Positions 12,688 to 26,211 of a stretch of 64,000 bases of DNA are shown here, piece by piece. A program made the position numbers and the translations under genes. Each line of letters starts with the position of its first letter. Position 1 is the first letter of the stretch. The notes beneath the pieces were generated by a model that was not told the origin of the DNA, did not search any database, and saw only the letters and a list, made by a program, of their open reading frames with translations. Origin of the DNA: Tubulanus polymorphus (Eukaryota; Animalia; Nemertea); the NCBI RefSeq assembly GCF_964204645.1, contig NC_134028.1:8432001-8496000 (forward strand). The letters run 5' to 3'.

Positions 12688-13689
12688 TAAGGCTGATGTC
12701 GACAAGCGACGCCTACCGACTCCCGACGCAACTGAGAGCAACCGCGATCGCAGCCCAGCTTATGTCGGCTGCGCTCTACTGATGCAGGGGTTCGTGCCGT
12801 GGCTGAGTGTAGCGATGCCATCAGGTTCGAGTCCCTGCAGAGGGAGGATGTGTGATGAACTTTTTGAGACTAGATCTAAATTATTGCGAATAGATATATT
12901 TTCATTTAGATAATAGACTTCAATTTGAATTCGTATGCTCATTCCATGGAACAACGCAATAAAAAAGAAGGCTTGTGAATCTACCATAATTCTACCAATT
13001 TCGTTTCGAGATCTTCTGTACAGTCATCTACCATGCTGGAGGTTTTTTGTTTGCGTTTGAAACTATTTGAATTTGAAGTACGTAACGACACATTCTCTGG
13101 CAAATAACCATCCGCAAATACGGCGGCACAAAACAGGTTCTTGCGTCACGATTTAACGATGAGCTGTTGCCGCAGCTACCGCGATATACATACGCGATAG
13201 AAGCCAATTACTGCTATCCGAAAGATTGAGTTATGTACGGCAAACGTATGTTTCACTTCCAGATATTGTAGAAATGAGTTTTAGTACGGCAACGCAACGC
13301 CCAAGATTTGTTCGCGAATCCTTGAACTGTATTCTATCAAACGTCGAGTCGTTTCCAAATCATTTTCACTTCAGGACTTCAGATTCATAAACAAAATCAA
13401 TTTTTGAAATCGCATAAGTTTTCAACTATATTTCTGTCATACTATAAACATTTTACATTTTTCATGTTCGTCTTCACATATCTATACAAATCACTACAGA
13501 ATCTAATTTAAGCACATATTATTATCATTACAAGATGTTTTATACATTTCGTTTGATGATAAACTGAACATTCTAGTGTATGAAGGCAATTTAATTAAGC
13601 ACCATTGATACTGATATTATGAATTTTACGAATCGGATATGCTGTCCATTTACATAGAATTCACACTGTTTTCGATTGTATCGAATTGT

Positions 13690-16600
13690 TTATCTGCAAC
13701 CGCACGTATCCACAACCATTTCCTCGTGGTGCCTCATAACGATTTCATCGAATTCGAAATACAGCAAACTCAAAGGCGATAGTTTAGTCGGCACGCAACA
13801 CGGGGCTAGGACAGATTTGTCTTTGTGTTGCATGAGACTTTGCATAACGGCGTGATTCGTGGGATCGTAGTCCTGCGTGACCGGAGACGGGCAACCACCG
13901 GCGCACAATTGAGCGTTGAAATCTTTCGGATATATGATCCACTTGCTCCAGCCTACGTCGTCGAAACTAATCTGGAAATCGTATTTGGCGCAAGGTTTGC
14001 CTTTCTTCTTGGCGCGCTTCCATTTCGATTTGTTTCTATTGCGATTTTTGTTCCGTTTTTCCGAAGTGCGGCGAACACGTTTCGCCACGTGGACGTTCGC
14101 TAATGCTTTATTCAGATGTTGCTTCAGAAAGTCTTTCTCTTCCGATAACAGTAACAGAATAGCCTCCTGGGTGCGAACGTACCGAGTAAACCTTTGTTTC
14201 ATTCTATTCTCGTGTATTCTCGTTGAACGGCGCGAATTCAGCGATAATTCCAAAAGGTCGTCACCGCCTTTGATAAATCTACGCATTTTTTCGAGGACAG
14301 TCGTAATGCTTAAAACGCGAAAACCGCCGATTTCATCGCGGTGGGTTCCGATCGTGAATTTTCGTCGTTTTCCGTATTTTCCATGCGACCTCAGCCTGGC
14401 GATGATTCTGTAATGCGTCACCCGGTGGCGCTCGTGTCGGTGAGCCTTGACCCGCAGCTCGGCCAATTGGATGCGTTCTTTTTTGTCGATTCCTGACACG
14501 TCAAACATTAAATTGATTTCGCCTCTGTTTCTCAAACGACCGGCATCAACTAAATTAAAAATAAGGGACGTTTAAGACAACAACAAAAGATAATTTTCCA
14601 TCGTATCATGAGATTTTTAAATTCTTAGAAAATATTTGAATATCTTAATTTTTAAGTCATCAAATTTCCATTTATTTCCTCTGCTTGGTTTCTATTTCCT
14701 AATTTGTTTTCCTATATTTTGTGTCAGAAGTCATCAGAATATAGTAGTTAGTTTTCAAGAATATTTCTAACAATCTCAGCTTTGTTCAGCATTGATATTA
14801 TTTCGAGCAATGCAATAAATCTTATATCTGAGACAATAACTATACGTATAATATACTAAACGGCAGAATGCGCGGCGTTCCTTTCTTGGTAAAGTCTTCC
14901 GATTGCCACGGATTAAGTGGGCTTAGTTAGGGTAAATTTGTCGTTCTACCAGTACTAATGCGCATTAGAAAACGCGTTCGAATAAAACATTCTTCATAAT
15001 CAGATGGATTTTATGCGGACAATCTTATTCAAACGAACTTTCGCAAATAATCGGTGGTTAATTTACTGCTTTTCGTGATGTTAATGTTGTCTTGATGCCA
15101 AAATGTCAAAACGCGGTCGTTTCTTTAATACAATCAATTACGTCGCTACTTCACATTATGTTGTAGTAAATTGCTTGCATATTACAGAAGAATGCTTGGT
15201 ATTTAACAATCTGAAAAACCTGCTGTGTTCGTAATTAGAAAGCAGGCACTGGCAATCAAGGATGAATGATAAAACAATGCAAATCGTGCGGACAAACAAT
15301 TCGAATTTGACTATCAATCCTAAGATAATTGATGTTCAGGACCCCTGGGTTTCGAACCCAAAATTCTAGATTATTTTGCACGAGGTGTGACTTCACAGGC
15401 TGTAATTAAACCACCACTTCACCATATAGCTAATTTGCGTATCGAAATATGACATCTAAATGATGACGAAGATGGTTTTAAGAATGGATCTTTTCAACTA
15501 ACCTGACAAATCATGACGGATTGTTTTACCTATGTATTTGGCTAGATCGATGAAGGAAATCATAAAATTTGATTGATTCTAGTCGAGAACTATTGTACTA
15601 CAACGCGGAAACTCCATTACCAATCGTGGATTTATGTAAGGATTCAAGTTTTAATTCCCCAAGAATCAGCTGTCCAAATTGTCACCTAGGATCGAGAATT
15701 AATCCCGCGTAAAAAGACCAAAGGAACGGTGCATGCATCAACAGATTAACTATATGTAACTATTAACATATTTTTACAAGGAACTAGGAAAGGCGGCGAA
15801 ACATTATTCCAATGATTTCACAAATCTTGATTATGGTTAAGAACAATCAGGACGATATTTTCACCCCCACCGTGGGAACTTTGACACTTTTCATTAATTT
15901 TCTATACAGAAGTGTGACCGTGGTCATCAATTAACCGGGCGATCAATCAAGAAACATACTAATTAAGGATGCCATTATATTGATACTTGCGCGCTTGAAG
16001 TGCGTGCGCCTTGCCGTGCCGGGCCTTAAAAACGCGTCAATTCATATGTCAGACCTTATTAATTATGAGATTGATCAAATGTTTGATTTGTAAGTGAAAA
16101 TTGATGTAATCTACGAGCTTCTTATTCTTATGTGACACACCGCTAATTAATGCTCCTAAATTATGAAAGTGAACACATTCTAAATACGCAAGAGGAACCA
16201 ATTTCTATCAACATTAGATTATTGAATATTGCATCTATTCCATACTTTATTTCACTTTTCCGTAAATCATGATTTATTATTCGAGCGTTATTATTCTCAG
16301 AATCGTCCTCAATAGATGAAAATCCATGAAAAAGTCGAGGAAATATTTTCGAACTTTATTTGTTCGTTATACTTGTGGGATTCTCTTTTTACATTATCGT
16401 CACATCACGGATATAGGATCCTATTAATGGTGATTTCTACGATAAATTTTTTCATTGATGCAATGAGAAGAAAAATGCTACATGTATCTAAACCATTTTG
16501 AAGTTAAATTCTAAAATAGCATTTGTAATTTCAAACACTACGAAAGACGTGCCATCGTGTAAAAGACTTAATACATAGATATGAAAGATTCACTGACTTA

Positions 16601-17507
16601 ATCAATCTTAATATAATTTCGGTTGATTTAAGAATCCATTAATAATTCAGGAACAATCTGGTATTCCGTTCTCCTGGGACAGGTTAACGCGAGAAAATCC
16701 GTCCTCAAATATACCCATTACTACACCTAATATATCAATCAACGCCAATTAAGATCGTCTAAATTCCGTCAAAATAGTCTAATAGATATGTCCCTTGGGT
16801 TTTCATTGCTCTTATGAAAAACATAGCAACAGAACATTTCCATATTCACGATTGATGATAACAGGTGTGATAGAAGATTTTGAAAATATGTTGGTTTATA
16901 CCAAGAAAGGAATAGCCGATGTTTTCAATATGTTCTTTGTAGTAGATTTGCTGCTTTAGGACATGAAAACTTGCAATAGTTAGTTTAAGGATACGATTAC
17001 AGATCGAAATATGGAACATTCTTTTTTTTATGGGAACTTTTAAGATCCATTGACAGAATTATTACATGGGACTCTATGTTAACTTTTTAATACTTTAAAC
17101 ATTTGCAAAATATTTCATTCATTCACACGTTTTAATTCATCGACTTATCAAATTATGGGGACGTTACCTTTAGCAGAAATAGTTCTTATTGTGTCCGGTT
17201 TCATCGCAGCCATTTTATCCGCCATTTTGTTGTGACCGGTGGCTTCGAATAAATTCTGGCCTTGATTCGTAACTTTCTCGTAAAGTTCCATCATGAACTT
17301 GGCGCTGATTCTCTGTGCGTCTCCGATCGGCAGTCCAGATTTCAAGATGTGATCTTTCACGATTTTGTCGATTTGTGAGCGGGTTATGTTGGTGCGACTT
17401 CTGACGGCATATCTCGAATTGCTACCGGCGACGAAAATATCGATAAATGCCGCGGAGAATAAGATACAAATTGTCATGAAAACACGCGAAACTTCGGCAG
17501 ACGACAT
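13690..17507 (-). CDS. nodal: Nodal (TGF-beta family ligand), 2 exons
   Basis: Exons 17507-17168 and 14549-13690, phase-1 GT-AG intron. Signal peptide, prodomain (FMMELY), furin site RVRR and a 7-Cys mature domain with Nodal-type GWSKWIIYPKDFNA, PTNHAVMQSL, CCVPTKLSPLSLLYFE and EIVMRHHEEMVVDTCGCR. Confidence 0.9.
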
Positions 17508-18480
17508 CGTAAAATATATAGTTCGAATTAATTCATACTAAAACCACGTATCAAATGAACACTTCCTTAGTTAAAGAATTCGACTCGCGTTTAAAAGAAG
17601 AAACGTTTTGGAAAAAATATCCACCACCGAACACGAGTTATGTTTATCTCAGTTAAGAGCGAATTTCCGTTAAAAGGTCACAAAACAAAAGACGAAAGTC
17701 GCAGCCTATCTCGTATATCAATCTGAATATGTAACTGCGCTGGTTTTTAAAAACGACGTAATATCCTGAAGCGAATAACTCTCCGGAGACCGATCGTTCC
17801 CGAGCCTGCCAGGTCAATGAGAGCGCGATGACCCGAACTAAATTCGGAGCTGCTCTCTGAATGGCCCGTCATTTCCAATACCCGACATCTTAATTGCACC
17901 AATTTAAAACCCCCCAAGCCCGGGTATGCTGCCACCAAACTTTGTTTTATTGAATTGAGCGGCTACAAATCATCTATGAATGAGCCTATTAGATAACACA
18001 ATTGGGGGCACAAAAGAGCCGCATAATTCTTCACTAATATCATCACACAGAAATACACTGCCTTTTCAGACCATATTAGCGAGAGGAGTGAAGACAACGT
18101 CGACATTTTAAGAAACCAGAGCAACGGACTAGAAAATCCGCGGTATTGTATTTCTCAATGAGAGAGGATCATTTTCAACCAATAAACTTAATCTGACCAG
18201 CAGACAACCGAAGTGCCCCACTTGATTAATTACACCCGAGGTCTTCACGTGTAGAGATTAAATCTGAAGTATAGACAAATTCAGATGTTTAAATAAATCT
18301 GATATGCTTCTCGCCTATGATGATTGTAAAGATTCGAATGATAGATATAACTGTGTATCGTGTATTGTGGCACGTGGTCATGAACTGCCCTCTTCTGGGT
18401 TTCTGGTATTGTACAAAGTAGTAAAAAACAACGACGAACGATTTTCATTTTCGAGGAAGGCTCAGTTATGTACACGGTAT

Positions 18481-18910
18481 TTGAAGAAGTCCCACGTGAT
18501 AGAATTTATCATTATGAAACTACAACGTTTCGGCTGCTAACAGCCGTCATCAGGTCGAATGTCCAGAAACACAAGTTGTGTTGAAACCATTGGTGAACCA
18601 CTATCCCACGTATAACGATGTGTAGATAAAACGATATATAGATCGAAAAGTCGATTCAATATAGCTTGAAGGAGATTTTTCGGGCTTCATCTTTCTCGCT
18701 TTATTAGTGTGATTCTCTATATATTGTGTTGAAACACTTTTGTTTCAGCACCAGAAACCGCGGTATAAAGTTTGGTATGTTTGAGGCCAGAAACAATTGT
18801 ATTTTTGGCTATTACCACCCGATGATGGCTGTTAGTCAACAGCCGAAACGTTGTGGTTTCATTTCAATACATTCTATCGTATAATATTCCCAATTGTGGA
18901 ACTTCTTCAA
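18481..18910. mobile_element. Inverted pair of Penelope-like terminal repeats, each with a minimal hammerhead-ribozyme motif
   Basis: 18481-18556 and 18815-18910 are inverted homologs. Minus copy: CTGATGA-c-GGCTG-ttag-CAGCC-GAAACGTT. Plus copy: ACCAC-CCGATGA-t-GGCTGT-tagtca-ACAGCC-GAAACGTT-GTGGT. Confidence 0.6.
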
Positions 18911-19590
18911 TTATCTACACTGTAGACGGATTACCCCGGTATAGTATAATTTCTTCGACTACTATCGTAGACGGTGTCACAATACTCGGTGACGTCAAGA
19001 TTTACAAACACTATCTTTCAATAGTCAAAGAAGAAAATTTTCAGTAAAAGTATCCGGCCCTTTACTTTGGAATAACATCAGTGAAAATCTAAAAAACATA
19101 GAAAATTCTAAACTGATCCTAAGAAATTATAGAAAGCAACTTTGTGCTTGATTTTATCATACAGTTATTCGAACTGAGTTATTGTTTTTGAAATATTACA
19201 GAAAACAACTGGCTTATTAAATGATTATATCTTAATCAAGCTGTTATCATAGTTTACTTTGATTGCATTTTTGTGTGTTAAGGGTTGACTGTGAGCATAT
19301 TATTTTCTTTATTGCATTTTGATGGACCTGCACAAACTATTCCTTAGTTTCTACAGGCCCCTCCAGGTCTAATTTACTGTATTTTGTATTATGCTTTGCA
19401 CACTATGCTGTAAATTATATTTGAAAAATAAAATGTTCAAATCAAATAAAATCAAACGGTGTCGGTGACCAACACTTTCAGCTGTTTTAGTTGATCTACG
19501 TATGCCCATGTATTTTATGGTTGGATGTCCCTCCGGTGGAGATACCATAAACGCATTCAAAACAGCTGAGATTGATTTTTTTATTTCTAG

Positions 19591-19855
19591 AGCTCAATTG
19601 ATTCACGAGCTTTTATCAAATGCCGAGGGCAAACACAACAACAAAAAAGTCGCCTATTTTGAAAAACCGGTTACTCATCTACCCTACGACTCGTCTGACA
19701 GTTGTTTTTTCTCTCGTTACTCTGGCGGTTATGACATGTACTACAGAGAAGCCGTCTGCCCTGACATTCATGGAGGAGAAAATTATCGATAGAATCCGGA
19801 GCTAATACCGGGATTAATAGCATTCCAATCGGATGCTGCCAAAATGGAATGTCAG
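19591..19855 (+). pseudogene. Isolated exon-like segment with an in-frame TAG; product not recognised
   Basis: Polypyrimidine plus AG at 19590 and donor CAG|GTAAAC at 19855. Protein-like reading AQLIHELL...YYREAVCPDIHGGENYR*NPELIPGLIAFQSDAAKMECQ with one stop at 19790-19792. Confidence 0.25.
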
Positions 19856-20638
19856 GTAAACTAACCGTTATTTGTACAATAGGTAAATTTACGTCGAAAT
19901 AATTGGCTCTGATCCGTAGAAATAGATAGGAAATCTCTTGTTGTTTTGACCTTGAGTTTCCAGTCAATGGATTAGAAAAAATGTACAATGTACAAGAATT
20001 CATGTTTCTGCGCTGATCAAAATAAATTGACTGATTTATACACTCACAACAGAGAAACCACCCGGAAGAAATAAATGGGCATATTTCGATCCATGTTTAT
20101 GTAGAGAATCAACCTTTTTGCAGAATGATATGTACCGGTATGTGAGGAATGCCTAATGACCTAGGGTTCAAAGTTTCATTTGATATATCGATAATATCAG
20201 GACATGCAAAAAAACTGAATTTCACATATAATATATATTGTCACTGCAATATACACCTAAGCGTGGACTCTAAAACGACGAGTCCATGACCTGAGCAAGT
20301 CATTTGGCGAATCAATAACCCGGGTATGGATAGCAGTACCTCCCGTTGATCCATTGCTTATGAAAAAAATCTTATAAACATCGATTGATTAAATAATTGA
20401 TGGATAGAATTTGCATACTGTATTGCCAAACATAACCAAGACTTGTGAAGTGACTAGAGAGCAACACCTGTCTAGGATAGCCATGCCTCTTTCATGAACT
20501 TGACGTCTTAGAGGTTTGTTCTCGCACTCAGATAGTTCTCGTTTCTTTCATATCTCTCTCATTCCATGTAAACGTACTAGAACGCGCTGTTATCTTACAG
20601 GGTAATTTTTAGTTGCGCGTAGCCACATTCCCAAGACC

Positions 20639-23600
20639 ATGACGAGTGATGCCATTGCAGCTGGAAACCAGTCAAATATCGGGATCGGAATTCATCTCCT
20701 AGGACTGGTTATCGCTCTGATATTTGCGTTTGTTTTGTCCAAACTATTGAGACGTCAATCAAAATTCAGACAACCACCTGGACCGCCTACATGGCCCATT
20801 ATTGGTAATCTGTGGGGTATGTTTTTGGTATTTCCAATATATTATGATTTTGAAAAAAGTTTCTAGTGAAAATAGCAATCCAGTATGCATTTATATTCTT
20901 TTTCAGAGATTGAAAAAGAAGACAAGGTATACCTACTGTTAACGAAGTGGGCCAAACAGTACGGTGACGTATACCAAATCAAAACTGGTAATTTCACACC
21001 ATCGGACACTAGATAAATTAACCGAAAATAAAATAGAATCTTTACTATGAAATATTATTATTCACTACTTTGGTCGTACATAATTGTTTTACTATGGCCA
21101 TTATCAACAACGACCGAAAATGAAATAGCATCTTAAAACTGAAATGTTATTATTCACTACTTTGGTCGTACATAATTGTTTTGCTAATGGTCATTTTCAA
21201 CAACGTTTAGTGGAAGTGTGTCCAAGAGAAATCAACATGATATCTTTTACATTGAGTAACGCTTGGCACATGGCTTTTAAAAGATAATTTCGGATTTTTT
21301 ATGCTGCCAGAACCTTTTTGTCATTGTTAGAATCATGGAAGTATAAACTATCAATCTCCAGTGTATACGTCCATCATAGAACCTAAACCTCTTTGATTGT
21401 AGGCTACAGTTCAATGGATAGTTATCATCAGAATATCTTTTCAGGACCAAAAACAGTAGTGATACTGAGCAGTATTGCGGCAGTAAGAGATGCATTTGTG
21501 AAGAAACAGATCGATTTTTCTAATCGATCAAGAAACGTATCCAGTGAGTTACAATGAATCACGCAGACCCTTAACTCCCATGACATTAGCAAATTGCATG
21601 CGTAGTGATTTGATCTGAAGAGTTCATTTATCCAGGGAAGTGTTCCCTGAAGTGTTCCCTGATTTATCAAAACGTGATGACGTAAAATGGGAGATGGCCA
21701 TATTTTGTAAAATGGAAGGGAAGGCGTAATGTGAACGATCAGAACTACGGACAATGCTTAATGAGTGCCAGAAATGCGAATTTTAAGTACCTAAAAAAAT
21801 AAATATTTTATGCTATGTTTATAAATAAATGGTGATGATATCTTTTATAATTTTCTATGGTTTGTTTGTGATCAATATTCACTATGCTATTTATATGAAT
21901 TCAGACGAACTTCAGTCGGATGGCTACAATGATGTTCTATTTGCACCGTATTCTGAAACCTGGAAAATACACAGAAAACTACTGAACCAAGCTCTCAGGT
22001 AAACTATAATCTCGCATTTTCCGTCAGAGCTTTAAAATATATTGCACGCACCCTGCAGTATGAATCAGCAGACGATGATCTATTTCGAAAAGTTATGGTT
22101 GTTTCATAAGTGCTAAAGAAATTACAGTAAAAACATTTTGTTTGCACTGACTTGGTGTAAATCTTCTATGTGATTTCTTGTGTAATCGTATACAAAATTC
22201 TCCTAAATGGTGCCTTCAAGAAATGGAGTATTTTTCTATTCATAGAAATTTTGCGACCGAAGAACACATGATGCACCACCTGCAGAACAGCATGAACATA
22301 GCCAATGCATTCTTAGCTCCCGATCTCGGAAAATCTTACGATCCGTTTAATTTCGTAACTCTGATAGTTTATAATTTCATCTGCAGTATGATCGTTGGGA
22401 AAGTGTAAGTATTTTGATAGGTTTGTAGTAAAGAAGGAACATGTGATGTTGTAGACCAACACTATAAAGGCTTTCAGCAAACCTCACCTTACTCGGACTT
22501 GACCAACTCGGACAAAAATGAAATCATTTTGTGACTTGCCAACGCATTTTCCTATCCTTAACTCGGACTTCACTTTCTTCGGACCAATTTTGCTGGTCTC
22601 GGTTTGCCCGAGTTGAGTGAGGCTTACTAGTTTACTACACTTTTAGAACTTGGGGTTCTTGGGGCGGTTCTTGATAGAACCTTGGGATCTTGGTGGAAAC
22701 TTAGGGCTCTCTTCATCCATGCTTCTAACTGTCTGGGATTCAAAAGACATTACGGGTGGTTCTTCAAAGAACCGTCAACGTCCTCATTGAAAAATTGAAA
22801 ATGATTCATTAAGAAATCATAAATCAAAAATATATTACCACGAATTTCTGAATAACTGGTCGATTCTAATATGTAATCATTTCATTGTTTGGATAGCTAC
22901 ATACCTTATATTGGTTGGCCTATCAATAAATGATGCTATTTTTGTATGAACTGAAGTTGAACAGGTTCTTTATGCTCCCTTAGTTTTCATTATATGTATT
23001 TAGTTCTTTAATCTAAGAAATACACTTATTTTAGCGAAGATTTCGAATTCATAAGCAGACATCAATGTTAGTCTGTATAAATATAACATATACAACTTTA
23101 CAACTTTACAAAGTGACGGGTGCCGATATAGAAACGGCGTTAGGACATATTATATTTTATATTTTCCGAAATGTAATGTATAGTTCTGTAAGTACTGTAT
23201 TAGAAACTTATTGTATGAAATTAAGGACCATGATGGTCTATTTCAATAAACTTAAACTTATACTTATACTTATATTTCTTGCTTGTTCTAGATTTGACCC
23301 GGACGATCGCGAATTCAACGCTTTGAGAATCCGCCGCAGAGAAATCACGGACACGATCGGAAACGGTTTTTTGGCGGATTTTTTCCCGATGTTGAAGTAT
23401 TTCAGGATTCCTCGACTGCGCAAAGCCCAGGCACTGGTCGACGACATGTTGAAATATTCGCAATCGATTCTAGAAAGTCATAAACACGCGTTCTCAAAAG
23501 GTGAGTTTGAAAACATTATGAGTTTTACAGTTAATGCTAATGAAAATTGTCGGTCAAACTCTGAGATGGAGTCTAAAATTGAGAGAAGTGTTTTCATTTA

Positions 23601-25203
23601 AAATATGTATTCAATTTTAACTTAAGAAAATTTTTCAAATAAAATCTTTGAAATAAACGTCATTTCTATTCCGCAATATTCTAGATAAAATACGCGATTT
23701 TACCGATCATTTGCTCGCTGCCCAGTTGAAAGCCGTTGAACAGGGAGACGAAAACGTCGACGCTTTGAGCGATTGTCATTTGAAAAATACAATCATGGAC
23801 ATCTTCTCCGGTACGCAAAATAGAATTACCGGTATCAGGCTAAAATAGATTCGTTGTTTCTCCTAATCGGCCGGGTCATATTTGTAAACAGCAATAAAAT
23901 CAGTAATCAGTCGATTTCTATAGCTGCCGGGTCTGTTATGGTTAGCTTGATTATGATTTAAAAAAAGTTATACAGGGTATATAGACGGCTGGCTGGGTCA
24001 ACTTAAAAGCTCAGCAGAAAGGAGAAACAAGATATCAATTTGTTTAGCCCTATCATCGTAAAGTTTCACGGGGGCGGGGGAATTCTCACACGAAATTAGT
24101 ATATTTGTTGTAATCTTCAGCTGGGACGGAAACGACGGTGAACACTCTTTACTGGATATTGCTTTACGTAGCCAGTTACCGAGATGTTCAAAAACGAATT
24201 CACGACGAAATTGACCGAGTCGTAGGTAAGCTATGTTTTACTTGTAAACACATATTGAAAATATCGCTGATGAAATAATTGATGCGATTTAAGTAAAAAA
24301 TAGAAATAAACTAAATCAAATGCTTCATTATTCTCCGATGTTATGTAAGGAAATTATATAGCAGATCAGTGAAAAATCGATATCTCATGCATAATCGGAT
24401 ACCTTGCAGATTCCGTAAATGCACCATCGATGAAAGACCGTAAAAATCTTCCGATAACTCAAGCTACAGTAAATGAAGTAATGAGATTGAGGCCGGCAGT
24501 ACCGCTCGGTATTCCTCGTAGCACTGTTTGTGATACCACTGTCTGTAAGTAAATTCGTGTAAAATTCTATCCAGTAAATTAGGAAAATTCTATCTACTAT
24601 AGATTATAGCATTGGATACATCTATTATCAGATAGTGAATTCACAGTCTCACAACTCAATTGAAATTAATAAAAAAAAAACATTTCGAATATTCTTACTA
24701 AAGTCCAGGGGCGGCGTCAGTGGGGCAGGGGCAATAGATTTATCATACATTGGGTTTTGCCTCACCCTCATCCAATACAGGTGGAACCCTCCTGCATGCT
24801 TATCTTGATAACAACATCGACCTTTTTCTTCCAAATTGCAGTCGATTACGATCTGAAATCGGGTACGGATGCTATTGCGAATATCTGGGCGCTTCACCAT
24901 GACCCGAACGAGTGGAACGATCCCGAAACATTCAATCCCGATCGTTTCCTCAATGAAGACGGTACTTTAGCAGAAAAACCGAGGAGTTTCCTTCCATTTT
25001 GTACCGGTCGTCGCGTTTGTATCGGCGAAACGGTCGCCAAACCTGAAATATGTCTAGTGACGGCGATGGTTCTACAGAAATACGCTCTCTCGCTTCCAAC
25101 AGGAATAAAAAGACAATTCGAGCCGGCAAATCTAGGCTTTACCGTTTACTCGAAACCGTATCAGATAATTTTTCAAGAAAGATCCGAACTTCAAGACTCC
25201 TGA
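20639..25203 (+). CDS. Cytochrome P450, clan 2 (CYP17A/CYP2-like), 10 exons
   Basis: Exons 20639-20816, 20907-20987, 21445-21543, 21905-21998, 22246-22405, 23292-23500, 23685-23810, 24121-24225, 24410-24544 and 24842-25203. N-terminal anchor, PPGP, WKIHRK, AGTETT, EVMR, PDRF and heme motif FCTGRRVCIG. Confidence 0.93.
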
Positions 25204-26019
25204 CGAACGTCAGCCTATTTAGAAATACCCAGAAAAAGAAATGGCTTAGTAGCTATTTGACTGCGTTATTTCAATCATGAACGTGGATCACGTGGTACTT
25301 AATTTTCGGTAGAACCGATATGATGATAGATTTCTTAAATTTCTGACACAGGAATAAATATCTAATTCATAGAATCGTGTAATTTTTGTACATCTTATTT
25401 TTACGATTAAGCTGAAAAATATGAGACACTAGCCACCAGAAAATCAAAATGTAGGCTGCTTTACTGATTTAGTTAAGATCGGAAAATTACTGTTATGTAA
25501 TGTACATTATGAAGAGAGATATAGTTAATGTGTTCACGATTGATAGATGAATAAATTCTAATTGTTGGTAAAAGGGTGTTTGGGTTATTCGGGTTATTTC
25601 GATTGGTATAATTCCAGGCCCTATTCGTGGACTGCATTTATGGGACTCGAACCATCGGTCGATTCGGCTAGTGACTGCGATTTAATAGCTACCTCGAGTG
25701 TGCTTTTTGCGCAAAGAAAATTTTCTTTCTGATTGAGATTCTGCGTGATTCTATCGAATAGGATTCGATTCTGGGACTTTGAACTTGGTAATTAGTGCAT
25801 TAGGATAAATGAAGTACCTGTAATGTAGAGAGATTCGGTGTTCCCTTGTGCTGTTGTGGCAAAATTACCAAATTCGACATAAAAAAACAGACTGACAACA
25901 ACCAGCTACTGGTGCCGCCTAGCGGAGATCCTGTGTATCAATGATTTATAGTCTCGAATAGCAATGTACAGTTTCCCCAGCACAAGTGCTCTTTTCTCTC
26001 CCCTCTCTGTGGTTTTTAT

Positions 26020-26211
26020 CACAGGGGCTTGTCACTATTGATAGTGAATGCATATAATAACCTGTATCAATGACCAAGTCCAGTATCCCTGTATAATAAA
26101 AAAACCTAAAAAAAAATGTTAAATGTTTTTTTATTCATTATACAGGGATGCTGGAGTTGGTCATTGATACTGGTTATATTCATTCACTATCAATTGTGAC
26201 AAGTCCCTGTG
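26020..26211. repeat. Fold-back inverted repeat (~85-bp arms), MITE-like
   Basis: cacaggggcttgtcactattgatagtgaatg...cagtatccctgtataat pairs with attatacagggatgctg...cattcactatcaattgtgacaagtccctgtg. A partial copy lies near 26384-26440. Confidence 0.7.

Noticed and set aside
12795-12840. Possible tRNA gene
   Set aside because: A and B boxes are too close together, with no anticodon arm or acceptor stem.
13825-14413. Plus-strand ORFs of 92 and 165 aa
   Set aside because: Antisense shadows of nodal exon 2.
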